From Podarcis cretensis (Eukaryota), in assembly GCA_951804945.1 (NCBI GenBank), contig OX638149.1:74276001-74340000 (forward strand): a stretch of 64,000 nt of DNA, given 5' to 3'. Positions 42,401-54,500 of the stretch are shown piece after piece; position 1 is the stretch's first letter, and each line of letters opens with the position of its first letter. Made by a program: the position numbers and the translations under genes. The notes under the pieces are model-generated. The model was not told the DNA's origin. It saw only the letters and a program-made list of their open reading frames with translations, and did not search any database.

Positions 42401-45400
42401 ATAATTTCCTGACCAAGAAGACATGTTAAAGTTGGAAATTGTTTCTTTAATACTGTTCTTCACATTTATTCCTTTTGGTACATATGTATGAGCCTATATT
42501 ATTACAGGTCCGGAAAGTAGCACCCATGTTTGTCTTATTTCAGGCATTGAACCTACAGCTGATGTTCAAATTCTATCATCCACTGTAAAGACACATACAA
42601 CGTCTGGGGCTCATCAAACTTCTGCAACAATGCTGAGTAAAGAACTAACTTTATCTCCTAGGCCAATATCAAAGGACAGAGAAACAACACAGGCATTGAA
42701 GTGGCAATTTACTCCAACTAAATTTTCTTCTCTTTTGTTGCCAAATATTACAGTTTTAGCCATATCTGCAACATCGAATGCTTCAACATATTCAGCTTTT
42801 GGTACCAGCTCAATGCCAGTAGTTTCACATCCAGTATCTGATATTAGCCTCCCTTTTGCTGTTCCTCCACCTACAACTGTGGCAGTTACGGAGTCTTTGC
42901 CTGGTAAACAGACAAGTAGTACAACAGTCCCTTCTATATCTATAGCAACTGAATCAGAAATTAAATTAATTTCTACTTCACCTATTATTGTGCTGCCATC
43001 AATGCTTACAGTTGCTAAATCACCAGCCACAACTAAAATAGCACTGGATAAAAAAGTAACAGGTGCTCAACTTCCCCCAACAGAGGAAACAGAAAGAAAA
43101 CTTGAAGGTATTACAGAAGGCAAGATTTCTTCAACACCAAAGACGGAAAGAACAAGTCAATTTTTTACCAAAGCCCCATTGCCATCTTTGGAAATGTCTT
43201 CCTATGCCCCCACAGTGAATCAAACAACAGACAGAACAATGCTGGGTATAAGTCAACTGACTGTAACAGATGCAAATATCACTGTAGCCCCGTTTTCTAC
43301 TTTATCTACTGTTTTAGCAACAGTAAGGCCTGTTGGAAAGCCAATTCCGTCAGAAACAACAAAAACAACAGTTGCTTTAATCAAAGAAGGAGTTAAAACC
43401 ACATTTATTACAGTACCTCCAGCACTAACGCAACCCACCACCACAGTCCCGACACATACAAGTGGTTTTCCAGTTTCTACTGTTAAAAAGGAAATAGCGC
43501 AAACAACATCAAGCATTTCTCATTTATATTCAGCTACGACTCTAAGACATAGTACTTCTGCCAAACTACCTGGAGTGCCTGGTACAACTTCGCCAACTTT
43601 AATAGACTCAAAAGAATTTTTAGAGACAGGATTGACAAGTGCATATTCACCATTTATTCAACCAAATGTGACAGAAGCAATGACTGTTCTGTATACCCAG
43701 TATCCCACTTCATCACACACTATGACAGTTACACCCCTCTCTACCAAAATAAGTTCTAAAATGACGATTCTGCCAGAATCAGTCACCGATAAAACATCAA
43801 CAGAATACAGAACACCTTCGTCCCTGGAAACTACAAAAGTGAGTGTTGTACCTTATTCTATTGGTGTGACAAAAGTGGAAACAGCAAAATCTGATTTGAC
43901 AAAGGAAGCCACAGCTATGGGTGTCCTAGTTCCATTGGTAACTAAAAAAATTGAACCAGTTCAAACAACTGAATTTCTGCATCCTATGACTGATACAGAA
44001 AGAGTGATATTGTACCCTGGCACAGCAGAGTCAGAAAAAGCCACTGCAGACTCAGAAAAAACCACTACAAAAAAACCTTCCATTATTTTGCTTCCAGTGT
44101 CCATTTCTACAGCAAAGAGTCTGATGGCATCATCACCTGAAGTGCAAGTTACCAGTGCTGATACTCACCATCCAATAACAGCAAAGTCTACATCATTTTT
44201 TCCAGAGTTTCCTCTTACTACAAAGCTGCTAAGCACAGTTGCTCCAGAATTGACAATAACAGAAGCTTTAGGTGCCACTGATGCTACTTTACTGCCATAC
44301 TCTGAACTGAGCAGCCAGCCATCAACTATTAAAGAAGTAGCATCAACCAAAGTGGTATCAACTCTCTCTTCCTCTATTGCTCTTCCTCTAACAACACTTC
44401 CAACCACACTTTACCTGGCAGAGAAAACAGTTCTCCCATTAACACAAAAAATACCTGAAACAGCAGCCACTGCAGGGCAGCTAATTGAGATAGCTCAACC
44501 ATCTATAACTTCCAAGGCTACTTCATCTGTTCCTACTTCTCCAATTGAAAGGTTTTCTTCCCGTATGAAAGAAGAATCCACTCTTCCACATTTTATCCCC
44601 CAAACGACAGGAAAACTTGATTATTCACCACCTTCTAAAGATTACTTAACAACCAAGGGAAGTACTGCAGCCTATCATTTTCCAGTTGAACTGTTGAGAA
44701 CAAGTATCCACCCCCAAACTGTTTTTAGTACAACAGAGTCAGCAACCAAATTTGCAGTGCCCTCCACATTCCAACGTACTCCACTACCAGGGATTCCTCT
44801 TTCTACTGTATCACTTACTTCAGTGTTTTCACCAGAAGTTCCTTTAACAAGTGAAAAAAAAGTAACCCAAACAGGTTTGCCATTGTCTACAATAAAAGAA
44901 GTAGTGGAGTTGTTTCCTACTGAAAAGTCAAAACTTGAGCTCCCTACCACAAAGAAAGCACTGACTCCTTCTCAAACACTTACAGTATCTAGTACTTTAT
45001 TTTATGAATCAGAACCAGCATCTCCTTCATTGTTTATATTGGAAATACCAGAAACCACAGGTGTGAGTCCAACAGACTCACAAGAGGTGGCATTTTTAAC
45101 ACCAATACAATCAACAGCGTTTACATCTATGAGCAAAAGTGCCACAGAGAAGATTTCTGTTTTGTCTAAGCAAGTGCCACTTTCTACCATTTCTTTCAGT
45201 TCCACGCTCCCTGCGTCTAGAGTGACACCAGCTACCCCACATTTAACAACTACGACTGAGTCAGCACCACTTGGGATCAGCGGTCTCACAACACGGAGTG
45301 TCACTAAATCATTAGCAGAAAAAACAGCAGGGATAAAAGAATTCATGACAACATCCTTATTTTCAGTGCCTTCCATTGCTTTAGAAACAAAGAGCATCAC

Positions 45401-48400
45401 ATTGTCAGAGACTGATGGGCAATTAGTGGTTACAAAGCTTCCTGTATCACATCCGCTCGCTGAACATTCATCTACCTCTCCAGCTTCACTTGGTTCTACT
45501 GTCCTAACTACAATAGCCAAAGAACCATCTGTCACAGAGATGTCCACACCTTCGTCAAGTTCTTTGTTGATACCACCACTACCTCCAAATGCTACAGGAG
45601 TCATACCAGTTCCCACATATTTATCAGGATTAACCACTGTTGAAATGGTCTCAGGAGTTACAGCAGCAGCTTTCATGCCATCTAAAGAAACAGCAACACC
45701 ACCAACATGTGTAGTGAGTACCATAGATAATTCCCCTCCAACCATATGAGTGATTTCTGTATCATATATATAACTCTTGGGTCTCATTTACTGATGGATA
45801 TGAAATGAAGGTGGCTTGGTTCCTAACTGCTCATGGAGTGACATATTTTTGCCTCTTTATCTCACTTTGTGACATGAAATTCATCTCATCACAGTGGCCT
45901 GCATTGTGGTATAGAGATGGAGAACTTTCAACAATATTCTGGAACATACATATGCTTGTAGAATGTAAGTTACATTTAAGAAGTCAAAGATTTAGCTCAG
46001 ATTATAAAACTCACTATCCCCCCACTAATCCAGAAATTTCTTTGTATGTTTCAAAAATAATTTACAAGATATAATTCCAGATTCTAGTTATCATTAAGAA
46101 TTGATACATTGACAAGCTAATCTATTAGGGCCATACTTGCCACTAATCTGTATTTAGCAGAACATCTTTCTTTTCTTTTCTTTTTTTTTTAAAAAGCCCT
46201 CACTATGCTATATGATATTCTAGCCATTATTGTCACATTATTCTCCAGGTTCAATTAATTATGAAAGGGAGGTTGTGTATGGTGTGACTTCGGCAGAAAA
46301 TCTGGCTGTTGTTTGCTCTGATTCAGCAGTTAACGTGTATTGCCAACACTCATAAGTGTCAATTAGCACAACCAAAGTTTATTACATCACATTGTGCTTA
46401 TAAAGTTGTCAAATGCTTTAATTCTAGGTATTTTACAGAATATCTCCTTTACTGCATGATCTGCCTCTCTTTGACCAGCCTCTTAATATTGCTCTCTGTG
46501 TGTAAAATATTATTGATGAAAGAATGCAAATTATGTATTCTGAGTAGCTGATCCCCTGAGTAACTTTGGTCTTTAGACGCTTGTCCCAAATAGCAAGGCA
46601 ACATAATCCTTTAAATATGTCCATACTGTCAAATTCGTAATGTTCCATGACTATCCTCTGTTTCCAGTTTTTTCTTTTTATTACATTGATTCCTTGCATT
46701 GATCTGTGTGCCATTTGAAAGATTTCATGTTTCTGCTTTTTAATGGTATTACAAGAATTGACTTGAAAAGGGCATTCAGTAGTTTGGCATACTGAACTTC
46801 TTGTTTTCAGTAAATATTTATTTATTGAATATCACTTTATTTTGATAAGAATAGTAACCTATGTTTTCTAAATATGTCTTAGCCAATCACAGAGAATGAG
46901 TGCATAAAGCACATTTGCTTAGATGGGCAACTAATCCAAGTTAACAAATCACAGAACTGTCCATACAATGCAACACAACCCAGCTGTGGATTTCTTGGAT
47001 TTGGTGTTCAGATTAATGGAGATAAATGCTGCCCCAAGTGGGAATGTGCATGTAAGTTTTATCCATACTGTATTTATTTTAAAATTGCATTACTTTGATA
47101 GTTTGATTATGCTAAAACATTTGTGTAAATGGAACAGATAGTGAGATTTATACATGGGCCTATTCATTGCTGACATGATGCAGATAGAAAATATTTTTAA
47201 GTATCAATTTCATAAAAAGAAATAAGCATCATCATCTACCACAGTACACTAAAGAAGTAGACTGAAAAACAGAATGACTTATGTGAGAGGAAATCCAAAG
47301 AACGAGAGAATACTCACGATCCCATTACAGCAATTTTTTGTTTCCAAGGACAAGCAATAGATTTATTTATTTTTTAGGACAGAACACCAGCAGCAAAACA
47401 TGCAACCCTTAATGCCTGTAAATACAAAAATTGTTGAAAGATCCTTTTTCAGAGGAACTAGTTCAGATTCATCTGTTATGTAGAGGCTTCACACAATTTA
47501 TGTAGTGGGTTGGATCCAGAGTGTCCAGGAGCGAGTCTCACTCCTGTTTGAGCGATGTGTTTGGCTAAGTTTATTACAATATGCTCTATGTGGGGTTTCC
47601 CTTGTACTTGAGCCAGAAGCTGCAGTTAGTGCAGAATATTGCAGCATGAGAGGCCTTGTCAGCATATAACACCTGGGCTCAGAGATTTGCACGGGTTGCC
47701 AATTTGCTACCTGAGTCCAGAGTGTTACTATTAGCACATAAAGCCCTTAACAACTTACCTACAAGATTGCCTTACCCCACATGTGCCTCCCTGAGCAACT
47801 GGCAGAATTGGCACTACAACAGTTGCCAAATAATACCCATTCCACATGTGTAAGTATTCTGTTGTTTAGTGTGGCATCACCTGCACTTTGGAACTCACTT
47901 CCTATTGAGATCCAGCAGGCACCTTCACTGTACTCTTTTTGGCACCTGCCAAAAAAAGGGGTTCTTCTTTAGGCAAGCCTATCTAGATGCTTAGCAAGTT
48001 GAGGTGATTTTAATATGTTTTAGGATTTTAACTTCTGTATGCTTTAAAGCAGGCAAGCCAAACTCGGCCCTCCAGCTGTTTTGGGACTACAACTCCCATC
48101 ATCCCTAGCTAACAAAACCAGTGGTCAGGAATGATGGGAATTGTAGTCCCAAAACAGCTGGAGGGCCAAGTTTGACCATGCCTGTTTTAAGAATGGTTGT
48201 GATTTTTTCCTATATTTTATTGTTTTATCTTTTTGCAAACCACTTTGAGGTTTTTACAATCAAGCAGTGTATAAATGTTATGAAATAAATACATAATGAA
48301 TAAGTTAAATCATTGATTTCAAGGGTCTGCTTTGACTTCATTGCAGTCAATCCTTTATATGTTAACGATCTGTATCTAACGTAAAGGAACTAAGCAAGCT

Positions 48401-50337
48401 ATTTTAATGACTTAGATTCAGTTTATAATGCTTGATCAGTAGTTAGCTGTTTGTTTCATAAAATAAGTTAAATAAGTCCTTATTTTGTTTGATCAGGTCG
48501 ATGTACACTCTTCTCTGATCTGAGCTTTATCACCTTTGATGGGCACCATTTGGCTTTATTTAAGGAAGCATCCTATATCATCAGCCAAACTCAAGATCAA
48601 ACTATAAGCATCCACATCAGTGACTGCAGCAAGATTCATATGGTAATGGGCCTTGTGGAATTTTGTTGTTTATTGAGTATGTTAAGGATCATAAACAAGT
48701 GCAGTTATGCTGCTGCATATAAAAATATGCAATTTTCTGCTGTTTCGCATTAAAGCAGGCATAGGCAAACTCGGCCCTCCAACTGTTTTGGAACTACAAC
48801 TCCCATAATCCCTAGCTAACAGGACCAGTGGTCAGGGATGAGGGGAATTGTAGTCTCAAAACATCTGGAGAGGCGAGTTTGCCTATGCCTGCATTAATGG
48901 AATGTGACTGATAACATTGTTTTCTGTATTCTTATACAAACCTTAAATGTCACACTCAATGAATGGTTTATGTAACTAGCTATATGGACCTCTCACCATC
49001 CTCAAGGCTGTAGAATACAGTGGTATCTCAGGTTAAGTACTTATTCGTTCCGGAGGTCCGTACTTAACCTGAAGCACCACTTTAGCTAATGGGGCCTCCT
49101 GCTGCCGCCGCACCACCAGAGCACGATTTCTGTTCTCATCCTGAAGCAAAGTTCTTAACCTGAAGCACTATTTCTGAGTTAGCGGAGTCTGTAACCTGAA
49201 GCATATATAACCTGAAGGGTATGTAACCTGGGGTACCACTGTATAGGAGCTTTGAGGATGGGAGCTGCTCAGTTTTGCATTTTCCAGCTATTTAAATGTT
49301 TAAACCTATTCTAAACAAGCAGAGGGTAGAATTATCTGGGGGAAGATTTTCTGTTGAGTATATGTATAATATATGTATGTTGCATTTAACCATGGAATAA
49401 GCTGACATGTTGTTTTGATTTGATTCTTATCTTCATTCAGGGCATTTTAACCTCTACTAAGCTGTGCCTGGCAATGTTAAATTTAACATATATGTCTAAC
49501 CAGATTACCATTGACCGCTTAAACAGAAAGGTAAAGTTTATTTCTTCTGTTATAATTCTCATTCAAGTATTCTATTTTAGATTCCTAGAATTTACATGCA
49601 TGTAACTTTGTTGAGAATTGTGACTCTAGTAATAGAACTGATACTTTTCAAGAGGAGGACACATGTAACAGCCTTTTATTATTTGCATTCTGCATATGCA
49701 GTAAAACTGGAACAGGACTAGGAATTTTTGTGCTGTTCATATTGATTTTTTGCTTCCTGTACTACATTTTTAGAGATGATATTCTTTATGATCTTGTGAA
49801 GCAGCTTCTGAGAAGTTCATCTCATGTTGGCTCTGAAGAAATCACACACTTATTCACCCAGTGTCCTGAAGGCATTAGACCAGGGGTAGGAAACCTCAGG
49901 CCTAGGAGCCAGATATGGCCCTCAGTGCCTTTTGATATGGCCCTTGAGTCTTTACCAAGTCACACTTGGTAAGTTTCTGCCAGGTCACACCAGCTCATCC
50001 TCTGGCCTGTCCTCTAGTGATTTTCATACTCCACAAGTGTCTCAGAAAAACTGAGACATCCTGTTTCTTATTGTGAGAGAACGACAGCCATTTTGGTTGC
50101 CATTATATTGTGTGATTTCTCCCCCCAATAAGTGCTTTGGGGGGACCATGATCTAATGCGGCACCCCAAAACACATGCCCCTTGGCATGAAATTGGGCGA
50201 GATCATGGCAACCAAAATGACCACCATGCTCCCATGATAGAAAGCAGGAAGATTCTGGATGGAAGATGGAGAGTGGTGTGTGTCTGGCTCTAACCCCTTT
50301 TGGCACACCCACCACTGGAATAATAATAATAATAATT

Positions 50338-50369
<32 letters not shown>

Positions 50370-51512
50370 TTTCTTATACCCCGCCCATCTGGCTAGGTTT
50401 CCTCAGCCACTCTGGGCAGCTTCCAACAGTAGATTAAAAATACATTATGTGATCCCTGGAAGGTTTCTCCTCAGGGAATGTGGCCCTTTCACTGCAAAAG
50501 TTTCTATCCCTGCACAAATTGGAGGCCTGACCCACCACTCAAATGCAGCACATGTGTTGACTTGATTTTGCCACCTAGTTTGGACTGCAGAAATAGGGAA
50601 GTTGTTAAGCACCTGATAAGCAAACTACACAAGCTGTATAGGTCTGCATTAGGCAATAGTTGACTAGCACAGTGCATGTAAATTTCATTTCAATTATTTT
50701 TATGTTTTGTGGAGGGCTGGGCGAAATATTGCGAAAACATAGTTTTATGGCAAAGCTTAAATCTTACTGTTTGCTAAAATAAGTATGTATATTCTCCAGA
50801 TAGCTGTCAACTCAAGATATGCATGGCCCACTGTTACAAAATATGGATTTAAGATTGAGGACAATGGCTTCATGTATATTATTGAAACTCCGACAAATAC
50901 AAAAATTCAGTGGTTTCATACCACTGGGGTGATGGTAATAGAACTTAATGCAACCAGTGATCCAAAAGCAATGGGACTGTGTGGTAAGCAACTTTAGTAA
51001 GATTGTGATGTTACATCTGGTAAATGTGGGAAGTGCTCCACACTTGGTTTTTCACAACTTTTGTTAGAGCATGTATAGTAAGGTTAAATATATTCAGAAG
51101 ACAGAAAATGAAAATATGATTATTTTGGAAGCTGCTACTCTGTTGATTGCTGAAATGATTAAAATGATTCAGGAAGAGAGAGAAAATGCCAGGTTTGCCA
51201 ATCAATAAACTGCAGGCTGGTTTTAATCCCTTGGGGATCAGATTTCAGGTAGTCGTGGATAAGGCAAGTTTGCTTCCTAATTTAGAGCATTTGAAACCGA
51301 GGCATGAATGCTGAAGCAACATGGAAATAAATAGGACTGCAATAAAGAGAAAATGTATCTTACTGAGCTTTCCATAGAGCAAAGAAAAAAAATAATGCTT
51401 AGAGATTTGTTGCCTACTCTATGCTAACATAGAAGTTACTAAGTAGAATGTAATACAAGGGTCCAATTTTTAATAATTGGTGGAATTTCAATTAAATGTC
51501 ATGATTTCCCCC

Positions 51513-51555
<43 letters not shown>

Positions 51556-54500
51556 CTGGGAAAGGGAATAATGGAGATCAGAATTCTTCTTTGCTACTGA
51601 GAATAGAATAAAGGTGTGAACATAGTCAATAATGAATTAATTACTTATTAATTGCATTTTTATACCAGCCTTCCTCAATGTTGAGCTCATAGTACAGTAA
51701 GACTAAAACAGCAGTGACATAAATCAAGTCTGCTGGATTAGACCAATAGCCCAGCTAGTTCAGCATCCTGCACTAACAATGGCCAACCAGATGCCTATGG
51801 GAAGCCCCAAAATAAATGCACACCCATCCTATAAAACTTGCATTAGTTACTTAAAAACAAAAGTAAAAACAATGCTGCGAAATCCTTTTGAATAGAGATG
51901 CATATGATCAAACCTGGAGTTTTGCAGAAGCAAAGCCGGTGGGACTAAGGTACAGTCATCTGACCTACCTTGCAACCACTCATGGAGCAGAATGTCTGGA
52001 GGGTCACCCCTTCCATTGTAGAACTCAAAACACTGTACATATCCTCAGGGTTCATTATATTTAGTCATACATTTTATTGGAACACCAGTTATTCACTTAG
52101 AATCAGTCCAAGTTACAGAAATAGTTCAGATATATGGGTACCAAAAAGCTCACAGCTCATAAAGGTTATGCTGGAATTGCTCTTAAGCCTGTTTGGTATG
52201 TGCACATGGCTTCATTCTTTCTGGAAGTTCTAACCTTGGATGATATGTTTGGTATAGGCTCTTGGAAGCATGATATCTATTGATATAAATCTTAGCTTTG
52301 ACACTTGAATTATCGTTGCTGGAAGGCTTGGATGCAAAGTCCATCATTACAGTGGCTAGCTTGCCAAGTTTCATAAAGGGCAAATATGTGTAGCAACAGT
52401 ATGAAATATCAGTGATACTTAGTCAGATTTCAATGCTTGCAAACAGTAATGTTCCTACAGAGAAGAGGTGCTTGAAATAAATGTTAGTGCTATTTGTTCT
52501 TATTCTGAGTTGTTAGTTTGACTAGTTTCTAATTTATTTTTTCTTAGTCAGTTTTAAATTTTAAAGTATAAATTGAGAAAAGGCAATGCTTTAATGGACT
52601 TCACATATGCCAATGTCTTAACCATGGTTTCTTACTTAAAGCTGCCTTGCTTTAGAAAATCCAGATAAATAAATACTTACTTGGTAATACATTCTATTTG
52701 GTAATACATTCCATTCAAGTTGATGTGACTGACTTGAAAGTAAGCTTGATTAGGAATGAAACGCTAGACAGAACTTGATTGAACAAGACATTTTATGATA
52801 GATTCTAGAATCTAGAAGGCCACAATAGGATGCTTATTAAAATGCTATCCACTTCACTGTGCTTCATCTCTTTCCTGTACCCACCTTGCATTTCTGCAAA
52901 GCAGTTTCCCCCTACCCCAGAAGTTTAGTCCTATTTCATAAAAGAGGGAACATTTTAAATAAAGGAAAGTTGGCCTAAAGCAGCTATGTAAAAACAGCTG
53001 CTGCTAGACTGCGCATGTTATAGAGAAGGGTGGTAGTTCAGTGACAGAATATGTGTTTGGCATGCAAAAGGTCCCTGGTTCAGAGCCTGCCATTCTCAGG
53101 CAGAGCTTAGACAAAAATACTGTCTGAAACCCTGGGGAGGCACTGCCAGTCAGTCTAGACTCTAACCAGTACTGAACCCAGTACCCCCAAGGGCTACTCA
53201 ATGGGACGTAGTACCGGTACCCCTCTCTATTTTGGTTAAAAAGTGTGACACTTACTGTAACAACTTCATGGTGAGTACTGACACCTATTTTTCTAGGGGA
53301 AAAACTCTTGAGTGGACCTGATATAATCCTGCTTCCTACATCCTTAAATAGTATTAGGGGTTGACACAGAATGTACTTTTCAAATTGACAATTATTCTCC
53401 CCCAAACATGAGATATTTCATAAAGAATTATCAGACTAATTAACCATTTTTACATTCTTATTAATTACATTTTTACTGTATTCTTATTAATTTTTAATAT
53501 ATTTATTACATTTGTATACCACCCATATAACTAAGTTCTGTGGACAGTATACGACGACATTAAAGTGTGCAATTCAAAGCAGACACAATGAACCACCAGA
53601 GCTAATTATAAAAAAATCACGGTAGCAACATTTTTTATGTAAAACCAGCTTAGGCAAAATACCTAAATCAAGTTAAAAACAGTATAAAACCAGCAAGAGG
53701 AAAGCTTGGTGCAAAGTTTTAATGCACCATATATGTCTTTTGAGAGATCTTGCAGGATTGGTATTTTATGACACAATGGTTCCAGCTGTTAGGGCTGGTT
53801 TGCACATATTGTTTATCATACAGAGGCTGCTTAAAATGCCTCCATGTCTAGGTTTTCCTGTGCCAATGCCAAAATATAGAGACTCAGTCGCCATGCTATA
53901 TGGCATGAGGTGGCATTAGGTGGGCCTCAAACTATGCCATATGGAGATTTTGGTCAGCAGCTGTTGCTAATACAGTGGAGATTCTTCACATAAATCGCAA
54001 ATACAAGCTCAGCATAATATAACAGCCATGGGGTTAAAGTCATTATGCAGAGGCTGTTTCAAGCAGCCACTCTGTGATTAGCATAATACTGATGCCGGTC
54101 CTAAAATACCATAGTATGTACATGGAGATATGCTAATCTGTATATTGTACTCTTGTGCAGGCTTCTGTGATGGAATCTCAGCAAATGATCTCATGCTACC
54201 CAACAGGACCGTCGTAAGCACTGTGGGTGCTTCAGTTGTTTTCACAGATAGTTGGCAGGTGCCAAACACATTGAAGTATATTGGAGAACAGAGAATCCGT
54301 GAAACTAACTGTTCAGTCACAGACTGTTCCCTTTGTTTAAACACGTTATTGAACCAAACCTTCAGCAGCTGCCATCCTTACGTATGTTATCTTTTGATCC
54401 TCTGTTTGAATTAAATTAATATGTTTTTGTTAATATTTAAGGAGTCAAAAGTATTTATTTTATGGGTTGTTCCCCTGACAAACAACTTTGCCTATTTCAC

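Noticed and set aside
42630-45749. The 1,039-aa ORF as a stand-alone mucin gene
   Set aside because: No signal peptide; the frame is open upstream to an acceptor at 42543 and closes at a donor at 45714 in phase with flanking OTOG exons.
42614-45787. Minus-strand ORFs of 80-261 aa (V/G/D-rich) opposite the big exon
   Set aside because: Shadow ORFs expected from the biased Thr/Ser/Pro codons on the + strand; no domain features.
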